A stretch of DNA of 54,032 nt from Candidatus Micrarchaeota archaeon (GCA_040754495.1 JBFMCO010000031.1:1-54032); one strand, 5' to 3'. Numbered from the stretch's first letter, positions 9,031 to 18,220 are shown. Notes: a model not told the origin generated them from the letters alone. Numbers and translations are program-made.

Positions 9031-9473
9031 GACTCATCGACCGGCTTGTCATCCTGCTGCTTGTCCCCCTTCTCATCCTCGTAGCCTACCAGGTAAACGG
9101 CTACAATGCCGTCGTGGACAAGATAAGCCGCCAGGCTGAAATGGTCGACGACGAATCTGTCCGGGCAGGAATAGAGCAAGCGCTGCAGGACGGCCTCAAC
9201 AGCCTTTATCTGCTCTCGCTGACTACCTTTTTGGTGTTCATACTGGCGATTCTTTTCCTGAACGCGCTGATTGTAAGGCCCATCAACGAGGTATCCGCTG
9301 CCATCGACCAGCTCACACGGGGCAAATTCGAAGTGGAAATAGGAAAAAGCGATATTTCTGAGATACAGGCACTGATAGATTCCTTCAATCGCATCATCAC
9401 CAGCCTGAAATTCGCCGTCTCGAAACGGTCGGACATCGGAGGACCGCCGCCGGGAAGGCGGAAGAGCGGGTAG
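9027..9473 (+). CDS. Small 2-TM HAMP domain protein with no output domain
   Basis: ATGA overlap with the upstream gene; IVRPINEVSAAIDQLTRGKF...SEIQALIDSFNRI is HAMP-like. Confidence 0.8.
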   Translation: MRLIDRLVILLLVPLLILVAYQVNGYNAVVDKISRQAEMVDDESVRAGIEQALQDGLNSLYLLSLTTFLVFILAILFLNALIVRPINEVSAAIDQLTRGKFEVEIGKSDISEIQALIDSFNRIITSLKFAVSKRSDIGGPPPGRRKSG

Positions 9474-9486
9474 GCTGACAGCCCCC

Positions 9487-10101
9487 TCATAATGATTTCA
9501 GGCCGGCGTAAGCGTTCAGCATCTGCATCGCGAACATCGCGAGGCTCATCAGCAGGAACAGCAGGAGCGAGAGCCGCATCGCTCCCAAGGCGCCGTCTAG
9601 CGCAGCCTTGCCCTCGCCGACCGCGTTCCTCGCGTTCGAGATTTCGGTTCGGATGCCGCTCATCCCGGCCCTCACTTCGGCCAGGTTCGTACTTTCAAGC
9701 GTCGATTCGGTCTGCTCCACCATGAGCGAGGACTCCTCGAGGCCGCCCGAGGCCTCGGAGAGGTCCCCGGTTACGAAGCTCCCGCCAGGTATCTGGGATA
9801 TGAAAGAGGAGACGCCTGCGAGCGAGGTTCCAGCGGCGCTGAGGGCGTCCGAAAGAGGCGCAAGGGACGCCCTGACGCTGCTTATGGACCGGTCAGTAGC
9901 ATTGACGAAACCCTCCGCCCCCTCCACGGTCATTTCAACGTTCGTTATCGTGTTGTTCGTGCTGTTGAGGACCGAATACGCAGCGCTTCCGAGCGTGTCT
10001 ATCGTGCCGCTTATCATGAAGTAGATGACGAACGCGAAGACGATTCCAAGGACTCCCAGCGCAATGGACGCCTGATAAAGCGTCTTCCTCCAGTCGGACA
10101 T
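9487..10101 (-). CDS. Hypothetical membrane protein (TM - helical domain - TM)
   Basis: 204 aa; hydrophobic ends around an amphipathic S/A/T-rich helical core. Confidence 0.7.
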   Translation of the reverse strand: MSDWRKTLYQASIALGVLGIVFAFVIYFMISGTIDTLGSAAYSVLNSTNNTITNVEMTVEGAEGFVNATDRSISSVRASLAPLSDALSAAGTSLAGVSSFISQIPGGSFVTGDLSEASGGLEESSLMVEQTESTLESTNLAEVRAGMSGIRTEISNARNAVGEGKAALDGALGAMRLSLLLFLLMSLAMFAMQMLNAYAGLKSL

Positions 10102-10151
10102 GCCAAGGCCTCCCCGGCAAATAATATAATGCTGAGGCCAGATAGCTGGTC

Positions 10152-10550
10152 ATGAAAGGATTCAGTGTCGATTTGGAAGGGGAGACGCGCAAGAACACCG
10201 ATTTCCGCCGCGTCCTGTACACCGGCAGGCACAGCCAGCTCGTCCTGATGTCCCTTCGCCCGGGCGAGGAAATAGGCGATGAAGTCCATGACACCGTGGA
10301 CCAGTTCTTCCGCTTCGAGCAGGGGGAAGGCAAGGTCGTGATAGACGGGAAGGAGCACAAGGTCCGGGACGGGAGCGGAGTCATAGTGCCGGCAGGGGCA
10401 AGGCACAATGTAGTGAACACGTCGAAGAAGTCTGACCTGAAGCTCTACACGATTTACTCGCCGCCCGAGCACCAGGATGGCACGCTGCGCAGGACGAAAG
10501 CCGAAGCAGAGGCGAAAGAGGAGCATTTCGACGGGAAGACGACGGAATAG
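10152..10550 (+). CDS. Cupin domain protein
   Basis: GEEIGDEVH..VDQFFRFEQG and VIVPAGARHNVVN are cupin motifs 1 and 2. Confidence 0.93.
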   Translation: MKGFSVDLEGETRKNTDFRRVLYTGRHSQLVLMSLRPGEEIGDEVHDTVDQFFRFEQGEGKVVIDGKEHKVRDGSGVIVPAGARHNVVNTSKKSDLKLYTIYSPPEHQDGTLRRTKAEAEAKEEHFDGKTTE

Positions 10551-10657
10551 ACGCCGGAGTCAATACGGATGAAGTTTCGATGTCCGTTAATATGTCTCCT
10601 TCCCACCCCCGCCTGAGTTCGCGTGGGAGGGGGAATCAGAAACGTTGAGAGAAATGA

Positions 10658-10679
10658 AGGGGGAGGCGCTCCTCCCCCT
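10658..10679. terminator. GC hairpin between convergent cupin gene and tRNA-Leu; possible terminator
   Basis: AGGGGGAGG-CGCT-CCTCCCCCT forms a perfect 9-bp stem 12 nt past the tRNA 3' end. Confidence 0.45.
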
Positions 10680-10690
10680 GCGTTTCTTCA

Positions 10691-10892
10691 TGCAGGAGGA
10701 AGGATTTGAACCTTCGAAGGCGCTAAGCCAGCAGATTTCCCATTCCCCGATTGAAACGGGAACTTGGCTTGATCTTGAGTCTGCCACGTTTGGTCCTCCC
10801 GTTGGCTGATACTGCCTCAGGGCTTTGGGGTGAAGCCCTTTGCCCTGAGTATGCAAAAGCCAAAGGGCTCTTGACCGCTTCGCTACTCCTGC
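10691..10892 (-). tRNA. tRNA-Leu(CAA) with two introns (D-loop 10790..10870, 81 nt; canonical 37/38 10737..10773, 37 nt)
   Basis: The spliced form GCAGGAG TA GCG AAGCGGTCAAA CGT G GCAGA CTCAAGA TCTGC TGGCTTAGCGCCTTC GAAGG TTCAAAT CCTTC CTCCTGC A folds as an 84-nt type II tRNA. Central 4-bp helices GGTC/GACC and CTCA/TGGG have 3-nt bulges. CCA not encoded. Confidence 0.93.
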
Positions 10893-10988
10893 AGAAAATT
10901 TCCCCCTGTTTCTCTCAGGGCAAATTTTCTATCAAACTTCCTGAGATAAACCCAGGAACGATAAAAGTTGGAATGAATAGAATAAAAA

Positions 10989-11261
10989 CTAGTACTCGAC
11001 CACGATTTTCCCGCTCTTGAGCTTGCACTGGCACATGAGCCGCTCCTTCGGGTCGGTGGCAAACGTCGCAAGGCCTGCCTGCTCGAGCTCGTTCGGGGCC
11101 TCCAAATTTTCCATGCCTTCCAGAACCTTCACCTTGCACGAGGCGCAGCTTCCGGTCTTGCACGCGAATAGTATCGAGCATTTTCCGTCAAGCTCGGCCA
11201 GCAATGTGCCGTCCGGGACCTCGACAGTTGCGTTGTCGTTCTTGACTTCCACTGTTGCCAT
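10989..11261 (-). CDS. 2Fe-2S ferredoxin
   Basis: FACKTGSCASC...RLMCQ gives the Cx4Cx2C...C pattern; 90 aa from ATG 11261. Confidence 0.92.
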   Translation of the reverse strand: MATVEVKNDNATVEVPDGTLLAELDGKCSILFACKTGSCASCKVKVLEGMENLEAPNELEQAGLATFATDPKERLMCQCKLKSGKIVVEY

Positions 11262-11329
11262 AAAACCACTCATGGGTGTTTTCATAAGAGGGCTTAAAAA
11301 GCCATTATGAAGCGGTTTCGACAGGCGCC

Positions 11330-11911
11330 TCATTTCCTCGCGAAAACAAGATACGCCGTGTGCATGAGGCCGAAATGCTGGGGGCGGAACCCGAAATCGC
11401 GCACCTCGTACTCCCTCATGATGCACTCAATAGTGAAAACCTCGGAAAAGCTCTTCTGCGCCTCGAGGTGCAGGGCTTTGGCCTGCTCGGAGTGCAGGCA
11501 GTGCGCGGCAAGGTATCCGCCCTTTTTCAGGGCCGCATGCGCGAAAGCTGCGATTTTCTCCGCATCCGCTATGTCGCAGAAAACAAGGTCCCAGCTCCCG
11601 TCTTTTTCCTCTATTCCGTGCAAAACGTCGTGAAGCCTGAACGTTACGTTCGTCAGGCCAGCCCGTTTGACATTGGACTCGGCCAGCTCCATGAACTCCT
11701 TCCTCTTCTCGTAGCTGACGACCTCCTTGGCGATATTGGCAAGCTGGACGGTCATGAAGCCCGAGCCGCTCCCCAGCTCGAGCACCTTCGAGTCCTTTCC
11801 GATGCCCGTATAGCCTATCACCGCGCCGGCATCTTTCGGCAGCGTCACCGCAGGCCCTCCGCGCTTGAGCTTCCTGAGGATGGTCGGGAAATGAAAGTCC
11901 GGTTTGTCCAT
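11330..11911 (-). CDS. trmI: tRNA (adenine-N1)-methyltransferase, TrmI-like (short N-terminus)
   Basis: LKRGGPAVTLPKDAGAVIGYTGI, VLELGSGSG SAM motif, YEKRKEF, C-terminal R..RP....LMHTAYLVFARK. Confidence 0.85.
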   Translation of the reverse strand: MDKPDFHFPTILRKLKRGGPAVTLPKDAGAVIGYTGIGKDSKVLELGSGSGFMTVQLANIAKEVVSYEKRKEFMELAESNVKRAGLTNVTFRLHDVLHGIEEKDGSWDLVFCDIADAEKIAAFAHAALKKGGYLAAHCLHSEQAKALHLEAQKSFSEVFTIECIMREYEVRDFGFRPQHFGLMHTAYLVFARK

Positions 11912-11946
11912 TGAAAACCCTCTCAGCAATTCATAGTGGGGTTTTC
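11912..11946 (-). promoter_or_regulatory. Conserved leader hairpin directly upstream of the trmI start codon
   Basis: GAAAACCCCACTATGAATTGCTGAGAGGGTTTTCA-ATG; a near-identical element precedes scpB. Confidence 0.6.
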
Positions 11947-12013
11947 GATCCCCATCTGCTGGAATTGACCTTGCATGCTTAGCTATTTATACAGAAAGCA
12001 TCCCTTTCAATCC

Positions 12014-12349
12014 ATGGTCAAGGCAGGGGCACTGAGGAAGCGCTACGTGCTTTTCGAGCTGATCGGCCCGGACATGCCAGAGGAGCAGCTCAAGCGCGCC
12101 CTGTACGCCGAGGCGCTGAAGTTCTTCGGGGAGTTCGGCCTCTCCCACGTCGCGCTCAAGCTAATCGGCTACGACAAGGAAAAAAAGGCCGGCATACTGC
12201 GCTGCGAGCGCGCTCACCTTGAGAACGTGCTCGGCTTTTTGGCCTTAATCAGCTCGCTCGAAGGCTCTGAAGCCCGCTTGGTCGCGCGCAAGTCCAGCGG
12301 GACCTTGAGGAGCTTGGGCATGGAGTTCCGTCCCACCCAATCAAGATAG
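12014..12349 (+). CDS. rnp2: Ribonuclease P protein component 2 (Pop5/Rpp14)
   Basis: LRKRYVLFEL, ..FFGEFG, GILRCER, SGTLRSL. Confidence 0.9.
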   Translation: MVKAGALRKRYVLFELIGPDMPEEQLKRALYAEALKFFGEFGLSHVALKLIGYDKEKKAGILRCERAHLENVLGFLALISSLEGSEARLVARKSSGTLRSLGMEFRPTQSR

Positions 12350-12624
12350 TCCTTCTGCCCGCATTTCACTTCGATGCCTATTATCTCAGGCACTTCGTGC
12401 GGGTGCGTCTTCCTGACGTGCGCTTCCAGCGAAGAATAGGCGGTTTTCGACGTCTTTATGAGAAGCAGGTATTCCTCGTCGCTGACAATCTTGCCCTTCC
12501 AGCGGTAGACCGAGTCCTCGATTTTTATCATGCTGACGCAGGCGGCAAGCTCCTTTTTCACAAGTTCCATCGCGGCCTTGGCCGCGCTCTCCCGGTCCGG
12601 ATAGGTCGATAGCACGATGAGCAT
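12214..12624 (-). CDS. cutA: Divalent-cation tolerance protein CutA
   Basis: LVKKELAACV, SVYRWKGKI, EYLLLIKT, HPHEVPEII, DYLDWV. The C-terminal extension overlaps rnp2. Confidence 0.93.
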   Translation of the reverse strand: MLIVLSTYPDRESAAKAAMELVKKELAACVSMIKIEDSVYRWKGKIVSDEEYLLLIKTSKTAYSSLEAHVRKTHPHEVPEIIGIEVKCGQKDYLDWVGRNSMPKLLKVPLDLRATKRASEPSSELIKAKKPSTFSR

Positions 12625-12632
12625 GAGGTGAT

Positions 12633-13826
12633 TCAGCCGGGCTTCTTAAAAACGATTTCGATGACGTCCCTGTGGTGGAGCGGATGGTCCTTGCCCACCG
12701 CCTGCTTGGTCTTGTAGTCTATAGCCTTGATGAATCCCTTCCCGATGTCGGTGTGCAGCTTGAAGGCGAAATCCAGCGCGGTCGTCGTTGGCGGCATGAG
12801 GAAGCAGTCCGGAAGCGTCCGTCCCTGCGCATCAACGAGGTCCCCGCCTCCGGGGAAGATTGCGATGAAATTCAGGAAGTCGAACACCGCGGCATTGAGG
12901 CATTTCTGTATCCCCGTGCCCCCATACTTGTCGCAGACGGCCTTCATGATGGCCATCGCGTTCTTCTGCTGCTCGTTCAGCTCGGATTTCACCCTGAACT
13001 CCCTGTCGCCGGGGATGTAGTCTATGAACCCGGCCTTCGCGGCCCCTTTCAGGGTAATCTCCGCCTCGGCCGAGCACGGTATCACAAGGTATTCCGGGAA
13101 CTCCTTTTTGAGCCGCTGGTAGTTGTCCCAGCCCGTGGATAAGTCGCATTTGTTGGCTGCGATGATGATGGGTTTCCCTATCTGCCTGATTTTCTTGCAG
13201 AATGAAAGCCTCTCCGCGTCGCTCCAGTCAAGCAGGCTTTTTTCCTCGAGCTTCAGCTCCTTGAGCACCCGGTAAAGGATGTCCTTGTTCATGCCGAGGC
13301 CGCTGAACTGCTCGGTCAAAATGTCCTCGTTCTTCTTCTTGACCAGCCTCGCCTCCCTCTGGAGCTTCTGCCAATTGCCATCCAAAATGCCCTTTATCCA
13401 GTAGTCCAGCTCCTGCTCCAGGAACCGCACGTCGTTGCAGGGGTCGTAGCTCCCCACCGGGACCTTCTCGCCCATCTCGTTTGTCGAGCCGCTTGCATCC
13501 ACGATATGCACGAGCACGTCCGCCTGCCTCAAATCATCGAGGAACTTGTTGCCAAGGCCCTTGCCCTCGTGCGCGCCCGGCACCAGGCCGGCGACATCGA
13601 GAAGCTCGACCGGAACGAACCGCCTCGAATTCACGCAGAATCCGGTTCGGGGGTTGCACTGCTTCCCGAACTCCTTGTCAACGCATTCCACTTCGACATA
13701 CCCGACGGCGCGGTTCGGCTTTATCGTAGTAAAAGGCCGTGCGGAGCGCTCGACCGGGACCGAGGTCGCGGCCATGAAAAAAGTGCTTTTGCCGGTCGAA
13801 GGCTTACCTACTATCCCTATCAGCAT
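12633..13826 (-). CDS. ychF: OBG-family translation-associated GTPase/ATPase (archaeal YchF-like) with TGS domain
   Basis: GKPSTGKST, PFTTIKPN, DVAGLVPGAH.G.GLGNKFLDD, NKCD, C-terminal TGS (FKLHTDIG). Confidence 0.95.
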   Translation of the reverse strand: MLIGIVGKPSTGKSTFFMAATSVPVERSARPFTTIKPNRAVGYVEVECVDKEFGKQCNPRTGFCVNSRRFVPVELLDVAGLVPGAHEGKGLGNKFLDDLRQADVLVHIVDASGSTNEMGEKVPVGSYDPCNDVRFLEQELDYWIKGILDGNWQKLQREARLVKKKNEDILTEQFSGLGMNKDILYRVLKELKLEEKSLLDWSDAERLSFCKKIRQIGKPIIIAANKCDLSTGWDNYQRLKKEFPEYLVIPCSAEAEITLKGAAKAGFIDYIPGDREFRVKSELNEQQKNAMAIMKAVCDKYGGTGIQKCLNAAVFDFLNFIAIFPGGGDLVDAQGRTLPDCFLMPPTTTALDFAFKLHTDIGKGFIKAIDYKTKQAVGKDHPLHHRDVIEIVFKKPG

Positions 13827-14340
13827 GGAAATTGCCTCTCTTGAGATACCCTTCGTTCAATTCGCGGTATTCCTCTACGTTCGCCCTGATTCTCTCAATA
13901 TGTTCTTTGGTGACGGTTTTAACAACCTTGGCAGGAATGCCCATCGCAATAGAGCCGTCGGGTATGGCAGTCCCCTCCGTCACCACGCTGCCTGCGCCTA
14001 TTATGCAGTTTTTGCCGATGGATGCCCCGCTGAGGACCACCGCGCCCATCCCGATAATCGTCCCGTCCCCGATTTTCGCCGCATGGACGATTGCCCGGTG
14101 CCCGACGACCACATCGTCCCCGATGTCCACCGGTATCATCTGCTCCGTATGGAGCACGCAGTTGTCCTGGATGCTTGTCCGCTTCCCTATCCTGATTGCG
14201 TTCAGGTCGCCCCTGACGACTGCGTTGAACCAGACGCTGGAACCGTCCCCGACCTCCGCCTTCCCTATGACGTCCGCGCTTGGAGCGACGAAGCAGTTTT
14301 TCCCAATCTCCGGCTTCGAGCCCGAATATTCGTATATCAT
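13804..14340 (-). CDS. Gamma-class carbonic anhydrase family protein
   Basis: Hexapeptide repeats, VWFNAVVRGD, NIQDN-like SIQDNCVLH, VGHRAIVH. Confidence 0.93.
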   Translation of the reverse strand: MIYEYSGSKPEIGKNCFVAPSADVIGKAEVGDGSSVWFNAVVRGDLNAIRIGKRTSIQDNCVLHTEQMIPVDIGDDVVVGHRAIVHAAKIGDGTIIGMGAVVLSGASIGKNCIIGAGSVVTEGTAIPDGSIAMGIPAKVVKTVTKEHIERIRANVEEYRELNEGYLKRGNFHADRDSR

Positions 14341-14454
14341 AACGCCACCTGCCCGGGACGCCGCCCGCGCCCTCGTTTTCAGCAATCCCGGCGAGGTATT
14401 AAAATAATTGACCACCATTCATACGTTCACCCCGGATTCTGCGAACTGGTGCAA

Positions 14455-15699
14455 ATGGAAATCTCGTACAAACTCAGCGTCATCCGCCATCTCCGCGATT
14501 TGAAAGCGGAGCAGTGGCTTGACCCGGACAGGATGGCCGGGATACAGGCGAAGCGGCTTGCAGGCATTCTCGATGCGGCGCGTAATCTCGGCCAATATCC
14601 CGCCCTGGGCAACTTTTCCGTGCAGCATCCCGACGAGCTCGCAGCCCTGCCCATAATCTCGAAGGAGGACGTCCAGCGCTTCCCGGCGCGATATTACGGA
14701 GCCTCCGACCCATTCATCAGCGCGACGAGCTCCGGCACGACCGGCAAGCCGCTCAAGGTATCGCTCGACCGGGAGATGGCGGCCGAGAACGAGGCGGCGA
14801 TGTTATGCCTCCTGACCGACTTCGGCCTCACCCCGCTCGACAGCTATGCAGAAACGCGGGTTTCGGCCGGCCGCGCTTCGACAGGCAGGTACGGCATTTT
14901 CCGGCGCCTCATCCTCCCGGTCCTCGGCAGGGAGGAGGAGCACATGGAGCTCCTGCGGAAGCACCGCGTGAACGCCCTCCGGGCATACGTCTCGATAGCC
15001 GAGGTGCTGGCGGGCCTGAACGCCGAGGCCGCGCATCCACTTCGGATGAAGTTCATCAACTGCGGGGCCGAGACCCTGACCGGAGGCGCGAGGCGCAGCA
15101 TCGAAGCCTCATTCTCATCAGAGATTTTCATGAACTACGGGGTCAGCGAGTTCGGGTTCGCGGCCTGGGAGTGCAAAGAGCACAGCCTGCATGTGAATTG
15201 CAGCTCGGTCATCCTCGAAATCGTTGGCCGGGACGGCAAGACTAAGAAAAGCGGACAGGGGGAAATCCTCCTCACCACCCTCCACAACCGGCTGATGCCG
15301 CTGATACGGTACCGGACCGGAGACCTCGGGAGCTGGGGCAAAGAATGCCCCTGCGGCCGGGGCTGGCCCGTCCTGAAATCGCTAGACGGCCGGCTTGCGG
15401 ACGTCATAGAGCTTCCGAGCGGCCGGCTCTGCCCCTCGATAAAATTCTATTTCCCCTCCAACATGAAGAGCGACGTCTCAGCAATCAGGCAGTACCAGGT
15501 GGTCCAGAAGGAGCCTGGCCTTTTCGTCTTCAGGTTCGTGCCTGCCGGAGCCGGGCCGGGCCCGGAGTGCCTGAAGGAAATCCGGGAGAAGATGGTGCTG
15601 GCGGCGGGCGAGGAAATCTCGGTCGAGTTCGAGGAGGCGGAAGCAATACCCCGCGAGCCGGGCGGGAAGATAAGGCACGTAGTCCCGCTCAGGCATTGA
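14455..15699 (+). CDS. Phenylacetate-CoA ligase/CapK-like adenylate-forming enzyme
   Basis: SSGTTGKP, NYGVSEFG, LIRYRTGD, YQVVQ, C-terminal GGKIRHVV. Start trimmed from ORF 13546. Confidence 0.88.
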   Translation: MEISYKLSVIRHLRDLKAEQWLDPDRMAGIQAKRLAGILDAARNLGQYPALGNFSVQHPDELAALPIISKEDVQRFPARYYGASDPFISATSSGTTGKPLKVSLDREMAAENEAAMLCLLTDFGLTPLDSYAETRVSAGRASTGRYGIFRRLILPVLGREEEHMELLRKHRVNALRAYVSIAEVLAGLNAEAAHPLRMKFINCGAETLTGGARRSIEASFSSEIFMNYGVSEFGFAAWECKEHSLHVNCSSVILEIVGRDGKTKKSGQGEILLTTLHNRLMPLIRYRTGDLGSWGKECPCGRGWPVLKSLDGRLADVIELPSGRLCPSIKFYFPSNMKSDVSAIRQYQVVQKEPGLFVFRFVPAGAGPGPECLKEIREKMVLAAGEEISVEFEEAEAIPREPGGKIRHVVPLRH

Positions 15700-15708
15700 G
15701 CAATAAAG

Positions 15709-17040
15709 CTATGGCGAGCGCGGAATAGTAATCGAAGCAGGGTCGACGCCCAGAGACCTGAGATGGCGCTCAAGCGTAGCTCTTTGCGCCGTAATCCTGG
15801 CTCGCAGCTCCGCATCGACCGAGGTGCTGTTTGCGACGATCCTCAAGACGACATACGCCCTCGTAAGATGCGCCGTCCTGTCCCTTGCGGACTTTGCTCC
15901 CTTGTAGAGCGCGATGTTCAGCTCGTACGCGCTGACATATGCGCTCGGGTCCGACGGCCTGAGCCTCATCATCGCGTCATACTCGGCAAGCGCCTCGGAG
16001 TTCCTCCCGGATTTCCTGCAGGCATCCGCGAGCGATTTGCGGATGTCGAATTCCCTCGTCCCCTTGGATGCCCTCAATATGGGTATGGCCTGGAGGAGCG
16101 AGAGGGCGGCCCGGTAATGTGTAATGGCGCTGGCATAGCGTTTCGCGTCATGCTCCTTTTCCGCGAACTCTTCCACCCTGCCGAAAACGTTCAGCGCCGC
16201 CCCTCTCAGGCGTGCGTTGATGAACGGAATGGTCGACCCCAGTGCCGAAGCGTCTGCAAGCGCGGGTATCGCCTGCGCAAACGCAGCGGCGCGCGCCGTG
16301 CCGCTTGCTGCATGGGCCTGCGCGTCGAAATAACCCGCCCGGATAACCAGCTGGCCGGCGACGACGTCCGCCGCCGTGGGGAGGAGGACCATCGTGCCGA
16401 TGCCTGTGAGGTTCGGGCTGTGGTTCGCAGGGCCGTAGGAAATGGACCTTCCGCTGTATAGCCCCCCGATCGTCGCTTCGGAGAAATCCCGGACCGGCGT
16501 AGGCGCCTGCTGGGTCATGTCGAAAACGAAATTATGGTTGTTCACGGTGACGAACAGGACCGCGTGCGGAACTGTCGCCGCCGAACCCGGCCGGCCTGTC
16601 GTGAAATCTATCCCTGCGAACCGGACGCCTGTCAGCGGGATGCCGAGCCGCATCGCCGCCGCGATGAACGTGGTCGCCAGCTCGTCGCAGTCGCCGCTGC
16701 GGCGCGAAAGCACCGCCCCCGGGGCCCTCGGCTCCCGTCCCGCATCTGACAGATACGTGAGGCCGAGCGTTCCGCCGACCCTCAGCACGTTGTAGAGCTG
16801 GGTAAGCGCGGTTTCTATCTGGGCCGGCGTGGGGTTCGGGCCGAGCCTCTGGAAGGCGGTCCGGATGCTCTCAAGCTGCTGCGGTAACGGGGTGCCCATG
16901 TTGAAATAGTTGTTCATGATTACCTGCTGCGCAGCCTGCATTCCCGCCGGTCCCCCCGCCTGCAATCCCGCCTGCGCTCCCATAAGCGGCATCCCCAGAA
17001 AAGGGGGCGGCCCAGCTTGCCCGACTTGCTTTTGTGCCAT
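15709..17040 (-). CDS. Transglutaminase-like (Cys-His-Asp) domain protein with C-terminal TPR-like helices
   Basis: GDCDELA, PHAVL and VFDMT supply a triad; Q/G/P-rich N-terminus; TPR-like YASAITHYRAAL and ALAEYDAMMRLRPSDP. Confidence 0.75.
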   Translation of the reverse strand: MAQKQVGQAGPPPFLGMPLMGAQAGLQAGGPAGMQAAQQVIMNNYFNMGTPLPQQLESIRTAFQRLGPNPTPAQIETALTQLYNVLRVGGTLGLTYLSDAGREPRAPGAVLSRRSGDCDELATTFIAAAMRLGIPLTGVRFAGIDFTTGRPGSAATVPHAVLFVTVNNHNFVFDMTQQAPTPVRDFSEATIGGLYSGRSISYGPANHSPNLTGIGTMVLLPTAADVVAGQLVIRAGYFDAQAHAASGTARAAAFAQAIPALADASALGSTIPFINARLRGAALNVFGRVEEFAEKEHDAKRYASAITHYRAALSLLQAIPILRASKGTREFDIRKSLADACRKSGRNSEALAEYDAMMRLRPSDPSAYVSAYELNIALYKGAKSARDRTAHLTRAYVVLRIVANSTSVDAELRARITAQRATLERHLRSLGVDPASITIPRSP

Positions 17041-17044
17041 AAGC

Positions 17045-18220
17045 TCACTTCCTCAGTATGACTACGCTTTCCCGGGTCCTGACCTTTTGCGGCCGGACGT
17101 CCGCGATGCGCTCGGCCCCGACCACGATTTCCGCGTCAGAGAACCCGAGCCGGAGGCCCATCTGCGCTAAAATCTCGTCCACAAGCACGTGCGTTTCGTG
17201 TATCACTGAATTGGACACGTTGATGTGGCACTGCCCGCCGGCCTTCAGCACCCGGTGCATCTCCGCCATGGAAAGCTCCATGTCCCTCAGATACGTGCCG
17301 ACAATCGGTATGCGGGAGCCGGTGTCGCCGGCCTCGGGGGGCAGGGCGGTTTCCAGTTTCCTGTCCCCGGTTCTGATGAAGGAGCGGATGGCCCTCATGC
17401 GGACTTCCTCGGCCTCCGCCTTGCTCATCGAAAGCAGGCTCAGCTCGAGGCCATAGACCTTGGAGTAGTCTATGTTGTTCAGGTACGGGGGCGACGTGAC
17501 TATCATGTCCGCGCTCCCGCCCTCCATGCCAAGCGCCCTCGCGTCCCCGAGGAAGACCTGCGGGGAGAATCCCTGCCGCCTGCCCGCAAGGTCGCGCACC
17601 ATGCGCTTCACCCTGCGCCTGAATATCTCCCGGGCTGGCATCGCCCTCTTGCGCTTGTCGATTTTCAGGACCCCGCCGTCCTTGACGACTATGCTCGCCT
17701 GCGGAAGGACGGAGAGCAGGGCAAGGAGCAGGAGGTTGCGCGTGCGCCCCTCCTCCCCTTCGATTGCCTCCCTGAGCGAGAGTATCTCGTTATAGTTCCT
17801 CCTGGGGAAAGCCGCGCGCGGGGAGAACAGCTCGAACTGCCAGTCGGCCTGCGGAACGGAATCCGTCCTTTTCGAGAGGAAGGCGAGCGCGGCCTCGAGG
17901 TCGGCCTGCTCATAATCATCCGTCTTCGTCCTGGAGGCGAACACAGCAAGCGGCGAGGCGTCCACGCCGGCGGACATCACCCCGGCTTCCTTGGCTGCAA
18001 GGAGCGACGTTCCCACGCCGCAGAAAGGGTCGAGCAGGGTGGCAGGGGCCGCGCCCCTGTCATCCTTGTAGCGGGACATGCACCATTGCACGAGCTCGGG
18101 GGCGAATCCCTCCTTGTACCAGAACCAGCCGTGGACCGGCTTCTCCTTCGAGAGCTCGAAGGTCATGAACCTGCCGAGTTCGGGTCTCTCTATTATCTTC
18201 AGCATCTCCCCACCGGTCAT
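17045..18220 (-). CDS. Amino-DNA methyltransferase (N4-cytosine type, motif I before SPPY), orphan
   Basis: PVHGWFWYKEGFAPELV, LLDPFCGVGT, IVTSPPYLNNIDY. Start may be 18205. Confidence 0.85.
   Translation of the reverse strand: MTGGEMLKIIERPELGRFMTFELSKEKPVHGWFWYKEGFAPELVQWCMSRYKDDRGAAPATLLDPFCGVGTSLLAAKEAGVMSAGVDASPLAVFASRTKTDDYEQADLEAALAFLSKRTDSVPQADWQFELFSPRAAFPRRNYNEILSLREAIEGEEGRTRNLLLLALLSVLPQASIVVKDGGVLKIDKRKRAMPAREIFRRRVKRMVRDLAGRRQGFSPQVFLGDARALGMEGGSADMIVTSPPYLNNIDYSKVYGLELSLLSMSKAEAEEVRMRAIRSFIRTGDRKLETALPPEAGDTGSRIPIVGTYLRDMELSMAEMHRVLKAGGQCHINVSNSVIHETHVLVDEILAQMGLRLGFSDAEIVVGAERIADVRPQKVRTRESVVILRK

Noticed and set aside
9027-9473. Frameshifted histidine kinase or chemoreceptor
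   Set aside because: Only 13 nt separate the stop from the convergent gene, leaving no room for a continuation.
10790-10870. Nested third intron inside the tRNA-Leu D-loop intron
   Set aside because: The internal stem has a 4-nt bulge on one strand only and does not form BHB geometry.
10587-11181. Short ORFs overlapping the tRNA-Leu locus
   Set aside because: They run through a complete tRNA gene and its hairpins and have no protein-like features.
12214-12349. Convergent cutA/rnp2 overlap as a functional antisense design
   Set aside because: Both cores are intact and the overlap is explained by a late stop extending CutA; no other support.
13546-14454. N-terminal extension of the 717-aa ORF (likewise 23433, 3521, 35762, 38020 and 39822 starts)
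   Set aside because: The extensions overlap real opposite-strand or upstream genes; recognisable domains begin at downstream ATGs.
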